This document shows positions 41,523 through 56,737 of a DNA stretch of 64,000 nucleotides, one piece after another. Both the position numbers and the translations under genes were made by a program. Source of the stretch: the human T2T-CHM13v2.0 reference genome, Homo sapiens; the NCBI RefSeq assembly GCF_009914755.1, contig NC_060929.1, one strand, 5' to 3'. Each line of letters starts with the position of its first letter. Within the stretch, counting starts at the first letter, position 1. The notes below the pieces were generated by a model. That model worked only from the letters and a program-made list of their open reading frames with translations. It searched no databases and was not told the DNA's origin.

Positions 41523-44235
41523 GGAGCTCTGGGGCCAGGATGGCTGATTAGAAGCCGCTGGTGTGTGCTGTTCTAATATGGTTTGGCTCTGTGTCCCCAC
41601 CAAAATCTCACCTTGAATTGTAATAATCCCCACATGTCAAGGGTGGGACCAGGTGGACATAATTGAATTCTGGGGGTAGTTTCCACCATACAGTTCTCAT
41701 CATAGTGAGTGAGTTCTCATGGAGATTTAATAGTTATCCCCAAGACATATAGATATCAGATTCTCCAAAGCTGATACAAAAGAAAACCTAGTTAGAGGCA
41801 GCTAGAGAGAAGGGGCAGATCATTACAAAGGACACAAGCCAGACAAGATTGGGGGCCTAGATTCAGTATTAATAAAGAAAATAAATTCCAATCAAGAATC
41901 TTATATCATGCCAAACTAAGCTTTATAAGTGAAGGAGACATAAGATTTCTCCCTATTTCTTGTGCTTATATGACAGGCAAATGCTAAGGGAATTCATTAC
42001 CACCCAACTTGCCTTACAAGATGTCCTGAAGAAAGTGCTAAATATGGAAAGGAAAGACTGTTACTGGTCACTATAAAAACAAACATCAGTACATAGACCA
42101 TTGCAACCACATAGACATAGACCAAAGCAACCACAAACAAGTCTGCATAATAACCAGCTAATGAAATGATGACAGTGTCAAATCCACACATATCAACTGC
42201 AACCTTTAATGTTCATGGGCTAGATGCTCCAATCAGAAGGCACCAAGTGGCAAGTTGGATAACGAAGCATGACCCAATGTTACGCTATCTTCAAAAGATC
42301 CATCTCACATGCAATGACACCAACAGGCTCAAAGTAAAGGTGATGGAGAAAAATCTTCCAAGCAAATGAAAAACATAAAAAAGTAGGGGTTGCCTTTTGA
42401 ACTTCAGACAAAGCCAATTTTAAACCAATAACAATCAAAGAAGACAAATAAAGGCATTACATAATGGTAAAGAGTTTAATTCAACAAGAAGACCTAACTA
42501 TCCCAAATATGCATGCACCCAACACAGGAGCACCTAGACTCATAAAGCAAATTCTTAGAGACCTGTGAAGAGACTTAGATAACCACACAATAAGATTGGG
42601 AGACTTCAACACCCCACTGATACTATCTGACAGATTATCAAGGCAGAAAATTATCAGATATTCTGGGAACTGAACTCAACATTTGACCAAATAGAACTAA
42701 TAGATATCTACAGAACTCTCCACACCAAGCAATAAAATATACATTTTTTTCATCTTCACATGGTACATATTCTAAACTCAACTGCACATTCATCCATAAG
42801 ACAATCCTCAGCAAATTAAAAAAAAAACCTGAATTCATACCAACCATAAAATTACATGGAAATTAAGCAAACTTCTCCTGAATAACCTTTCTGTAAACAA
42901 TGAAATTAAGGCAGAAATCAACAAATTCTTTGAAACTAATGAGAACAAAGATACAACATACCAGAATCTCTGGGACACAGCTAAAGCAGTGTTAAGAGAG
43001 AAGTTTATAGCATTAAAACCCACATCAAAATGATAGAAACATCCCAAATTAACAACCTAACATCACACCTACAGAAACTGGAGAAACAAGAATAAACCAA
43101 TTCCAAAGCTAGCAAAAGACAAAAAATAAACAAAATCAGAGCTGAACTGAATGAAATTGATACACGAAATACCATAAGAATGATAATTGAATCCAGCAGT
43201 TCTTTGAAATAATACCTAAGACAGATAGGCCGCTAGCTACACTAATGAAAATGAGTAAGAAGATCCAAGTAAATACAATCAGAAATGACAAAGGGAACAT
43301 TACCGCCGACCTCAATGAAATACCAAAAACCCTCAGAGACTATTATGAACACCTCTATGCACACAAATTAACAAGCAACAAACAAACAACCTTATTAAAA
43401 TGTGGGCAAAGGACATGAACACTTATCAAAAGAAGACACACATGTGGCCAAGAGGCATATGAAAAAATGCTCAATATCACCAATCATTAGAGAAATGCAA
43501 ATCAAAACCACGATGAGATACCAGCTCACACCGCTCAGAATGGCTATTGTAAAAAGTCAAAAAATAGCCAATTCTGACAAGGTTGTAGAGAAAAGGGAAT
43601 GCTAATACATTCTTAGTGGGAATGTAAACTATTACAGCCATTGTGGAAAGCAGTTTGGAGATTACTTTGTTAAAGAGCTTAAAACAGAAAAACCATTTGA
43701 CCTAGCAATCCTATTACTGGGTGTATACCAAAAGGAATATAAATTGTTCTACCATAAAGACACATACCCATATATGATCATCATAGCACTATTTACAGTT
43801 GCTAAGACATGAAATCAACCTAAATTCTCATAAACAGTAGACTGGATAAAGAAAATGTGATATATATACACCATGGGATACTAACCAGCCATAAAAAGAG
43901 TGAGATCATGTCTTTTTCCACAACATGGATGGAACTTGAGGCCATTATCACAAGCGAATTAACTCAGGAAAAGAAAACCAAATTCCACATGTCCTCACTT
44001 ATATAAGGGTGAGCTAAACTTTGAGAAAACATAGACATGAAGAAAACAAAAAACACTTGGACCTACTTGAGAGGGGAGGGTGGGAGGGAGGAGAGCATCA
44101 AAAAGCTACCTATTAGGTATTATGCTTATTACCTGGGTGATGAAATAATCTGTACACCAAACCCCCATGACACATGATTTACCTATATAAGAAACCTGCA
44201 CATGTATCCATAAACTTAAAATAAAAGTTACAAAA
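41523..44235 (+). mobile_element. L1PA13-16-like element with both termini and TSD but two large internal deletions
   Basis: 5' ggggccaggatggctgattagaagc; ORF2 start MMTVSNPHIS at 42166; 3' UTR ctgggtgatgaaataatctgtacaccaaaccccc; TSD aagatattct at 41513-41522 and 44236-44245. Confidence 0.88.
41574..41726 (+). mobile_element. THE1 LTR 5' fragment inside the L1 5' UTR
   Basis: atatggtttggctctgtgtccccaccaaaatctcaccttgaattgtaataatccccac. Confidence 0.88.
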
Positions 44236-44826
44236 AAGATATTCTATTAAATTTAAAAAGTTATGTGAGAGCTGGGGCTTAGCACTTTTGTGATAAAAAA
44301 AATGTATACATAAAAGAAAAACCAATGAAATTGGAGGTATAAATTATAAATGCTCTAATTACTGGAAATAAAGAACCAAGACTGTGCTCAACATTGACCG
44401 CTTAAATTAGAACATTTCAAATTTTTCAGAAACATAATGTCCTTGGAAAGAATTATAGTTATGATGCGTCAAACTACATTCAGGTAAAAAAGTTATTTTT
44501 TATTGTGGGAAAATAAGCCCAAAGTTGAAATTTATTGGAGAAACAAGGGGTTTTGCGGTGGACTTGAGCATACATTTTGTAACTTGTCTGGAGGAGGCAA
44601 GATATAATACAGCCTTGGCAAGGCTAAGCATAGTTGAATGAAGACTGCTGATAAAAGGGTAGATGAAATTAAGTATGAGACTTATTAGAATCAAATACTT
44701 TATTACTGTGGTAAATGTGGTACAAACATAAGTAGGAATTTTATTTCAAAAACATTATATAAAGCAATATTTTTTGGGTAATTATCATGGAAAGTGAACT
44801 GTGTCAAGCATTATAGCCTTTAATTA

Positions 44827-45322
<496 letters not shown>

Positions 45323-45517
45323 CTACCAAATGCAAACTCCATTCCAAATTTGGTTTTTGATACAAAATCATTATCTATTCTATTATTTTGTGAAGCCTAT
45401 CCAAATCATATGTGAGGCTTGGACAATATGAGAGTGGCTTACCTTTGAGATAACATGAAATTTTATAAATATGTGGAATCCTGTCTGTGATGTTCTTATT
45501 AATAATGAGAGATGGTC

Positions 45518-45852
<335 letters not shown>

Positions 45853-46789
45853 TCAATATACGATAATATTTCTAAAGAAAAAAGCAGAAAGTACAATGTC
45901 AGTATGCTAGTTAAATAATTTAAAAAATGTAGATAAAACTTCAAAAGAAGTCCACTTCTCCAATGGAGACATTATTACATTATAGAGTTTAGGAGATAGT
46001 TTGGGTTTATAAGCTCTAATCATTTTTCAAAACTGGCAAGGTATAATTATGTTTAAGTTGAATTCTTTAGGATTGAAATATGTATCCACACAATGCTCAT
46101 GAGGTACTATGTGCTTACTTATTAATTTCCTAAGAGGTTTAGAAGGTTTAAAGATGGGGTGGAAAAATTGTACACAGATATATATATTTCTAGATAAACA
46201 TATCATTCTAGGTTTTCTATTTCTCCCACACAGGTGAGTTTTCTTCCTCTCATATTCAGTATTTAGAATTTAATGTTACAGTTTCAATCAGTAAAGGAAC
46301 TATTAGAACTGAATGCAAATTAAAAAGTCTCTTCAAAGTTGTTTCCAACTTGTACTGAGAAGCAATTAGAGGAAGCTTAAAGCAAGTACTTTCTTCCATA
46401 TGCTTCTTTTCTAAAGCATTGCTTTTTTTTTCCATTGTGTATTTTGTTTTAGTATTTGAAAGGGTATTTTTGAAACAATTTCTCTGATATATGGTAGAGA
46501 ATGAACTACAGGCAATCATAATTGAGTAATATTTGTTTTATGTTTAATACTACAATCTGGGATATAAAATGTATATAAGATGGAATGTTCTTTTCAAAGA
46601 CTTTACAGTCTAACAGAGATCATAATATACGAACACATTATTTAGCTAAATAGCATCATATAAATATTAATAGATGCAAAATAAATTCAATGTAGCATTA
46701 CTTTGCTAGGCTATAATATTAAAAGACATTGGTCATCTTTTGAAAAATAATTTAGAAAAGAATGTTTAAGGAAAAGTAAATTAAAAATG

Positions 46790-49480
46790 AATTTTCATTT
46801 AACTCAAAATGGACCATAAACCTAAATATAAAACTTCTAGAGGAAAATGTGGGAGAAAAAGCCAAGAAACCTTGAATTTGGCAACGAATTTTTAGATACC
46901 ACATAAAAAAGCACAATCCATGAAAGAAAAAGTTAATAAGTGGAACTTCATTAAAATTAAGAATATAGACAGATAAAAAGAAACAAAATATCTACTCTGT
47001 GAAAGATACTATTAAGAGAATCAAAAGCAAGCTATTGCCTGGGAGAAAATATTTGCAAAATATATATAAGGCAAAGGACTTGTATCTAGAGTATGCAAAG
47101 AAAACTTAAAACTCAACAGGAAAGCAGAAAAAAAAAAAAACCTGATTAAAAATTGACCAAAAGATCCAAAAGACAATTCAACAAGGAGGATATACAGATA
47201 GCAAATTAGCATATGAAAAACTGCTCAACATTATGTGTCATTAGAGGATTACAAACTAAAACAATGAGCTACTACTATAAACCAATTAGAATAGCTAAAA
47301 TCAGCTCCCTTTCACCCACCTCCAAAAATAAAAAGAAATCAAAATAAAAACCGTATGGTGCCAATTGCTTGCAAAGATGCAGAGCAATAGAAACTCTCAT
47401 TCATTGTTTGTTGGAGTAAAAAATTAATACAGCCATTTTGAAGACATTCGGTAATTTTCTTACAAAGCTAAACATAGTCTTTTCATATGAACTCTCCATC
47501 ATGCTCCTAGGTATTTACCAAAGTGACTTGAAAATTTATGTCTTACCAAAATCTGCCCATGTATGAAATTAGCATTATTTAAAATTTTCCCAAACTGGAA
47601 GCAAACAAAATGTTCTTCAATATTCGAATGGAGACATAAGCTGTGATACAACCATATAATGGATTTTTAGTCAATGATAAAAGGAAATGAACTGTGAAGC
47701 CACAAAAAGGCATGAATTAATCTCACAAGCATATTTAACTGAAAAAAAAACCTGGTTTTCATACTGTATAATTTCAATTCTGAAAAAGCCAAAACTATGG
47801 TAACTGAACAGTAATTTCTAGGGGTTTGAGGAATGGAGAAAGTATTGATTAGGTGAAACACAGGGTTTATTTTAGGATGTAAAACTAATCTGTATGATAC
47901 TGTAATGGTGATACAGGATAACATTTATTTGGTAGAATTCTTAGAATTTTACAGCACAAGGTATAAACCTCAATATATGCAAATTAAAGAAAAATTATTT
48001 AGGAGTTCAGGAGTTCCTAGGATGGAATGCAGAATGTGACAACTAACTCTATTACCAATGTATAAAAGAAGTTTATTGAAGCGGGAAGGGGAAAGGTGCT
48101 GACCAAAGTACCTTTGGAAATGAATAGAGTCTGTAGGACTAAAGGCAAAAGCAATTGCCCGTATGCACTGTATTTCATTTGATAAACTGCTCCTTCTCCC
48201 CACCGTGAGGATACAGGCTAACAATTCTGACATATCCATACATGTATATCAGAATTGAACTATTAAGTACATGGATAGCAGATGATAGAAGACATGTTTC
48301 TCATTATTGGAGTGAGAAGTTACAAATAAGCAAGAAGAGGAAGATGGAATGACACTGTGGTAATGAATTAAAGCCTGAGACATCAATATGAATTTAATTT
48401 TAGCTTACTAGGAATTCAAATGATTACATAGAGAAATATTTACAGATATATGCATATCTACACATTATTATATTTTCTTCCTCTGTCAGCTGAGAGTCTA
48501 GATGAAACACACCCAATACTCACAACAGTCACAGCAATGAGCATGCCTAATGTCCACATCTTTGCTTCTAATATCATTTGATATGGTTTGGCTGTGTCCC
48601 CACCCAAGTCATATTTTGAATTGTAGCTCCCACAATTCCAACGTGTTGTGGGAGGGAACTGATGGGAGGTAATTTAATTATGGAGGTGGGTCTTTCCCGT
48701 GCCATTCTCGGGATAGTGAATAAATCTCATGAGATCTGATGGTTTTATAAAGGCGAGTTTCCCTGCACAAGCTCTCTTTCTCTTGTCTGCCACCATGAGA
48801 GATGTGCCTTTCACTTTCTGCCATGATTGTGATGCCTCCTCAGCCACATGCAACTGTGAGTCCATTAAACCTCTTTCTTTTGTAAATTTCCCAGTCTTGG
48901 GAATGTCTTTATCAGCAGTGTGAATATGGACTAATACATCATTCTCTAACAAAAAGAATTATGACCCCTCAGAGAAATGGCTGATTCTCATACTAGGGCA
49001 AATTTATCCAAAATGCATCTGGAGTATCTTGCGGTATCAGAAAGTTAGAAAGTCCCATATCCCCATAACTCCAGGGTAATCTTAAGAAAAACATTAGACA
49101 AAACTTAATTTTGAGACATTCTACAAAATTACTAATAATTCTCATAGGTGTCAAGATTATCAAAAACAAGGAAACTATGAGAAACTATCACAGCCAATAC
49201 AAACCCAAGGAGACACGAGGACTATAGTTAATATGGTATCTTAGATGATATATTGGAACAAAAAATAATGTCAGGTTAAAAACTAAGGACATATGAATAA
49301 ATATGCATTTTTACTTAATAAAAATGTATCAATATTGGTTTATTAAATATAACAACTGTACCATACTAAGGAAAATATTAATAGAGAAAATTGGTTTGGA
49401 TTATATGGTAACTTTTTATACTATTTTTGTAATTTTTCTCAAAATCTAAAAGTGTTCTAAAAATAATTTAAAAATAGATA
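46790..49480 (+). mobile_element. L1MC3-like ORF2 end and long 3' UTR, interrupted by THE1
   Basis: aactcaaaatggaccataaacctaaat, gggagaaaatatttgcaaaa, agagaaatggctgattct and aaaatctaaaagtgttctaaaa. Confidence 0.85.
48579..48938 (+). mobile_element. Solo THE1 LTR (THE1B/C-like)
   Basis: tgatatggtttggctgtgtcccc...ggactaataca; perfect 5-bp TSD tcatt. Confidence 0.95.
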
Positions 49481-51559
49481 TAGAAATAAAAGCAGAATGT
49501 AATATAATGAAGACAGACTAGAGAAAAAAAGGATAATAAAAATTAACAGAGCTATAGTTGGAGTTTGACAACTGGTTCCTAATTAATGATTATATTTGGC
49601 AGAAAATGAAAAGGATATAATAAAATTAAGTGAGAAAATAAACCTTAGAATGCTTGATTTTCATTAATACACTTTAATTGTGCAAGAAGATATTTTGGCA
49701 GGTCTACCTTCCTTTCCAAAAGCTCTATTATCTAGTCCCCAAAATTTCTGCTGTAACAAATCATATATAAACCTTGATGTTGCTTTTCTCAACTTCCTCA
49801 TAATATATTGCTATAATCTAGGAGGGTTATTTTATCACAATATCCATGGAGATGAATTATAAGTAATGCTTTTGGTAAATTTACTGACACAGCAAAATCA
49901 ATAATTTTAAGTTAGGTAACAAATAAACAAGGCAATTAGCATCGTCTTTATGCTCCGACTAATATAAAGTGATGACGTAGAGTAGCAAGGTTACCAGACA
50001 GGGTATTCATTTTGTATGTTTAAAGAAAATCTAACCAAAAACAAGATGTTGATTGACAGATGAGAAGTAGCCACTCCCATGAAGAAATCTATTTATTTTA
50101 TTTCTTCAACAGGTTAATATCGATGATATATGTATGTGCCACAACAATTGAAAGGCAAAATATTTTCTTGCTAAGAAACAGAAAAGGTACTGGGTAGTTG
50201 TCAATGGCGATGAACAAGGAAATAGCATGGTATGGGATGAGGTTTGAGAGTGTGGCACGGATCTGCATGTATAGAGCTAGTAGGCCATGGTTAGAAACAG
50301 GGATTCAATCTTACTTTTAAAGAGGAGCCAAAAGAGGATTGCCTGGTAAATTATTTCATATTTTCCCTGTACTTCTTTAACATGATAAAGATTTTCTAAT
50401 TTAAGCAAACATTTATCATTTTATATTCCAAAATTTGGGAGTAAGCAAGGATGTTCACTTGAAACACTATCATTAAAAACTATTCTGAACTTGTTCTATA
50501 ATTATACACAGAAATTAGAGGAATAACTCAGAAAAATAAAATCAACATTTTATATGTTGTTTGAAACTGTATTTAGAATTAACTAAAGCTTAATAAAGTG
50601 ACTGATTTAACATAGCTGATTAATAACCATTATAAAAAGGATTAGTTTTTCCAAGTATTAGCAAAATATAAAATTTATACTAGTTAAAATTTGAGTGGCA
50701 AATAATATTATAATAACTAGAATGACTAATATAAAATTCTGAAAACTCTATATGAGAAAATGATATTTCAGTATATATAAACAATTTCAATAATCACAGA
50801 AAAGTAACATGCCTCTGGATGTGAAGAGTTTCAGTGGATTTAAAATGTTTAAATTGTTTAATTTATAGATTAACAAAATGTCAGTCAAGGTATAGCATTT
50901 TACCTCTAATAAAATAATGCTGCCTTTTATTAGAAAGAACATAACTATGAAGATAACTTTTTGTGTTTGTTAAAGAAGCCAGGCTTTAGCTTTATCAGTA
51001 AAATCTGTACTTCAGTTCTCATGGGATTATAAGAGTAGCTTTATTGAAATCATTTTACTTTCTTTACTGGAAACTACACAAACACGAAGGATAGGACAAT
51101 CTAAAAACAGTATTTCCAGCATTATAAAGAAAGAGAAATCCCAAACCACCTTGAGAGTGAGCGCTGGCAAGGCAACAAAGTCCAGGAGAACCAGACTGGA
51201 AATCCAGGCACGAGGTCCTGACAGTGCAATAGGAACGAATGGAGAGTGCAGAAGGTCCTTGCATGGGTACAGCAGATCTTAGAAATCACCCTATAAAATT
51301 CACTTTCAGAAACAGAGCTTCATTTGAAAAAGACCTACTAGGAGCAGAGATGAGAAGCAGCATTCAACCACTGATGAACAAGAGAGAAGGCTTGCAAAAT
51401 TCTCAAGATGTCAGTGGTGGAAGATCTCAAAATACACCAGCAAATTGTATTTTCTAAATGTGAGTACATAATCTTAAAATATTGTAACTATTGTTAACTG
51501 ATTCCAGTGAAAGGACTAGGAAATATATAGTGAGCCATATAAAGCCTCTTGAGTGTCCT

Positions 51560-51745
51560 CATTGCAAGGGATCCAAAAGAGGGAACAAAAAGATAGCCAC
51601 AATGTCATTTATAACCTAGTCCTGGAAGTCACACACCCTCATTTTCACCACATTATGTTCATTATAAATGAGGAGTAGAACTAGGCTACATGTTTTGGAG
51701 AGAGGAGTGTCAGAGAACTGGTAGAGATGTTTTAAAACCACTGTA
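51560..51745 (-). mobile_element. MLT1-type LTR fragment
   Basis: tttataacctagtcctggaagtcacacaccctcattttcaccacatt...ttttaaaaccac. Confidence 0.55.
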
Positions 51746-52454
51746 TAACTTCTATCTATATCAGCTGTTTTTCCTACATTTACAATTTGGCTATTCAGAT
51801 ATTTAGTTTGTTAAGGAAAGGCAGGAAAACTTTTTTTTTCCTCCACTTTCTTAATACCTTTCAGGATAATGAATGGTTCCCCAAGTATCCTCAAAGGTAA
51901 TCAATTAGTTTTTTTACTATCATTATAAATGCATAGATTTTTGTATATTTCACATGTTTTAACAAACTAGAGTAATTTTTCTTTTTGATGTTCAATTGTC
52001 TCAATTTTTTTTTCAGCAGAAACTTTTAAAAGTTGGTGCTGAGTCCTTTTCCAAAATAGCCTTTAGCATAACTCCTTGGCTTTATAGTGTCTTGAAATAT
52101 TATTCATTTACCTGAAAGTTTGCCCCAAATAGGATAATTGACTATTTCTCTAAGGATTCCTGATTGTTTTCAGAGAGAACTGGCAAATATGGCTATTTGA
52201 TTTCTAGGAGTACTTATTATTACTGAGCTAGGTAAACTTTTAGATATTTTCAGTAGACAAATCTAAGGAAAAATATATATGAGAAAATACATCATGAATT
52301 TTTTCTGACATTTTGTACATAACTTTTTCAATTTTATATTTGCATTTCTGTTCACCTGCATTGACAATCATTCTTTATATGTATACATGTTTATATTTTC
52401 AAAATACATGTTTCTATATTATTACTAACAACACTGTTATTAAAAAACAGTTTA

Positions 52455-52530
52455 AGATTTTTGTGGCAGTTCTTTTGCCCTATTATTTTTAATGGCAAAA
52501 ACTGCAATCGGTCTTGCCCCAACATAATAC
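52455..52530. mobile_element. MADE1 (Hsmar1-derived MITE), degenerate
   Basis: Right half taatggcaaaaactgcaatcggtcttgccccaacataata resembles the Hsmar1 TIR; left half decayed. Confidence 0.65.
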
Positions 52531-53169
52531 TATATTTTAAAATTAGTTCGGAGTATTTCCTTTGCACTTTAAACACTGAATTGATAGGCGGTGATCTTCT
52601 TCAGATAAATTTGGTTTTAAATTGCTAGTGGTTCTTCTTTATTTAATTTAATCTTGTTTTATAATTATGTAAACTAATTATACAATACACAAGTCAAGTG
52701 ATATATAAAAACAACTATTTCTTCTTCCCATTTCTATTTCCACTGAGCCATAAACACTTTCCCCCAAAAGTACCTAATTTATTTTCCAGTTTGTGATTTT
52801 GTTTCATCTTATAATATATGCAAATATGCATACACATGTATGCTATACTCCTTAGAAAATGATATTAAACTATATATTCTTGTCTTCACTTTTTATCATT
52901 TAACATATGCTTCATGTTGTATACCTTAAACATATACAATAAAATTTACTTTAAAAACTTATGTTGGAGTACACTGTGCATAGGAAGATAGACACAGTTT
53001 TTACTTTTTTCCTGTAGTTACAGAGTGCTTCATTGAATCTTTGTATGGAATATGGAGCCAACCTCTGGGTGCTAGAAATACCCCTAGCTTTGGGATTGGT
53101 ATTTGATTTTGGATATTTTCAGTAGAAAAAAATGGGGCAAAATAATTAAGAGAAATATTCTTAATATTC

Positions 53170-53465
53170 TTTTTTTTTTTTTTTGAGACGGAGTCTTACT
53201 CTATCACCCAGGCTAGAGTGCAGTGGCATGATCTCGGCTCACTGCAACTTCCCGCCTCCCAGATTCAAGCAGTTCTCCTGCCTCAGCCTCCTGAGTAGCT
53301 GGGATTACATGCTCATGCCACCACCCCCGGCTAATTTTTGTAATTTCAGTAGAGACGGGGTTTCACCATGTTAGTCAGGCTAGTCTCGAACTCCTGACAT
53401 CGTGATCCACCCGCCTCGGCCTCCCAAAGTGCTGGGATTATAGGCATGAGCCACCGTGCCTGGCT
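53170..53465 (-). mobile_element. AluS (Sg-like)
   Basis: Poly-T, full dimer, gaactcctgacatcgtgatcc; TSD aagagaaatattct. Confidence 0.94.
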
Positions 53466-53645
53466 AAGAGAAATATTCTAATTCTGCCATATTGATGGAA
53501 CTCTGGCTATACATTGTCTTTTATTATTATACATAGGGTTACAACGTCCACGTAATTTTAATAGTTTGCCAGGACTTCCTTGGGAACTATCTTAAATGTG
53601 AGTTTTAGGATTAATAAGTATACTAAATATAATTTTTCTGAATAG

Positions 53646-54972
53646 TGTCTCTCTTCGTTTGTGTTGCTATAAAGGGATAACTGAGGCTGGATAATTTAGA
53701 AAGAAAAGAGGTATATTTTGCTCATAATTCTGCAGGCTGTGCAAAAAGCATGGGGCCAGCATCTGCTTCTGGTGGAAGCCTCAGATTGCTTCTATTTATG
53801 CAGAGGCTGAGACAGGGAGCCTGTGTAGTGAACAGGCAACCTACAGAATGGGAGAAAATTTTTGCAATCTATCCATCTGACAAAGAGCTAATATCCGTAA
53901 TTGACAAAGAACTTAAACAGATTTACAAGAAAAAAAAACAACACCATCAAAAAGTGAGCAAAGGATATGAACAGACACTTCTCAAAAGAAGACATTTATG
54001 CAGCCAACAAACATATGCAAAAAAGCTCATCATCACTGGTCATTAGAGAAATGCAAATCAAAATCACAATGAGATACCATCTCACACCAGTTAGAATGGC
54101 GATAATTAAAAAGTCAGGAAACAACAGATGCTGGAGAGAATGTGGAGAAATTGGAACGCTTTTACACTGCTGGTGGGAGTGTAAATTAGTTCAACCATTG
54201 TGGAAGACAGTGTGGCGATTCCTCAAGGATCTAGAACTAGAAATACTATTTGACCCAGCAATCATATTACTGGGTATATACCCAAAGGATTATAAATCAT
54301 TCTATTATAAAGACCCATGGACATATATGTTTATCAAGGCATTATTCACAATAGCAAAGATCTGGAACCAATCCAAATGTCCATCAATGATAGACTGGAT
54401 AAAGAAAATGTGACACATATACACCATGGAATACTATGCAGCCATTAAAAAGGATGAGTTCATGTCCTTTGCAGGGACATGGATGACACTGGAAAACATC
54501 ATTCTCAGCAAACTAACACAAGAACAGAAAACCAAACACTGCATGTTCTCACTCATAAGTGGGAGTTGAACAATGAGAACACATGGGCACAGGGAGGAGA
54601 GCATCACACACTGGGGCCTGTCAGGGGGGTGGGGGGCTAGAAGAGGGATAGCATTCAGAGAAATACCTAATGTAGATGATGGGTTGATGTGTGCAACAAA
54701 TCACCATGGCACGTGTATACCTACGTAACAAACCTGCATGTTCTGCACATGTACCCCAGAACTTAAAGTATAAATAATAATGATAATAATAATGAAAGGG
54801 AGCCTGTGTTTGCAGAGATCACACAGCCAGAAAGGAAGTAACTGGGGCTGTGCCAGGCTCTTTTAAACAGCCAGCTCTCTTAAGAACTAATAGAATGAGT
54901 GCTCATTCAAACCCCACCCCACAGAGCGAAAACATTAATCTACTCAAGAGGGATCCACCCCCATGATCAAAC
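53646..54972 (-). mobile_element. MSTB-type MaLR LTR split by an L1PA; its 5' end is missing
   Basis: gttgctataaaggg...gcatggggccagcatctgcttctggtg and gtgccaggctcttttaaacagccagctctc...gatccacccccatga. Confidence 0.85.
53827..54796 (+). mobile_element. 5'-truncated L1PA7/8-like
   Basis: ORF2 C-terminus (ORF 53967..54413, [18 protein letters not shown]); 3' UTR ctaatgtagatgatgggttgatg; perfect 13-bp TSD agggagcctgtgt. Confidence 0.95.
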
Positions 54973-56304
54973 TATAGCAGTGCCAAATTCCCATCCACAG
55001 GTATGATTACAATTTGCAACTTTACCAGAAATTATGAATCTGTATTTAGACAAGTATACCAAGAAAACATGTTATCCAATTTCTGATATTTGCCAACGTA
55101 GCAAGAAACATATCTTAATGCTGTCTCACGTGCACATCTCTTACTATGAATATCTGTGCATCTTTTCATATATTAAGGGGTATTTATATGTGTTTAATCA
55201 CTAGTTATTCAAATCTCTTTTCCACCTTGTTTTCTGTGGATTTGTTGGATTTTTCTCCCTTATTAATAATCATTATTAAGCTATATAACTTCTCAATATT
55301 TTCCCATTTTTAAATTGTTTTATTTCCCTGTTCATCATGTATGTTATTTTTATTTTTGTATTGTCAAATGTGTCCTTTTTCCTTTTTATTTATAAATTTT
55401 AAGTTTATTAGAAAAGTTTCTCTCACTCTATGTTATAAAATATCGCTTATTTTATTCTGGTATATCTATGATTTCATATTTTATAACTAAACATATTATC
55501 CATATGGGTCTGATATAGTAAGATTCTTGGAAAATTCATTTTATTTTAAAAGACCATTAAAGATATGGAGTCACATTAAATCTCCATACACATTTTAATA
55601 TATTTCTAAATTCTCTTTTCTATTTCATTGTTCTCTGCAATCATGGACTAATACTGCAATCTTTTTATTTGTAGAGAACTTTAAAATGTTTATTATTTGT
55701 TTGGGCTAGATAATACTTTTTGTTCTATTTTTTTCATAATTTTCATAACTATTCTTTTTTCACATTCCTCCAAATAAACTTTATATTCAACTTCTGTAGT
55801 TTAAGGAAAATATTAGAGAGAATTTTATTAGGATACTGCTAACAGTTTAATAACCCTAGGTAAAATTGGTAGCTGTTATGTTAACTAGTGTTATTCTAGG
55901 ACATAATTAATACAGCTTCTATTTGTTCATTTTTTTGTGTGTATTTTAGTAGCTTTCTGTTTGTTTTAGGTTTTCCTTCATATCCAGCAAGAATGTTCTA
56001 TTTTTGTTTATTTTCTAATATTTCTTTACTCATTCATTTACTTGCAATTACATATAGGTTTTTCACTTCTATTATAACTTCAAATTTTTATTGTTATGTA
56101 CTATCTTTGCTTTTTGTGTCACATAATATGTCTCTTTACTACATTTTCTAATTATATTGGCTTCTAATGCTTATTTGTAAATAATCCTGTATTTTAAATT
56201 TAGAGACGATTTTACCTTCTGAATTATAATTAATCTACCTTTGCTTTTATCCCTTATCTGAGTACATTGTCTAACACTTTCAAAACAATCTTAAATAGCA
56301 GTAA

Positions 56305-56737
<433 letters not shown>

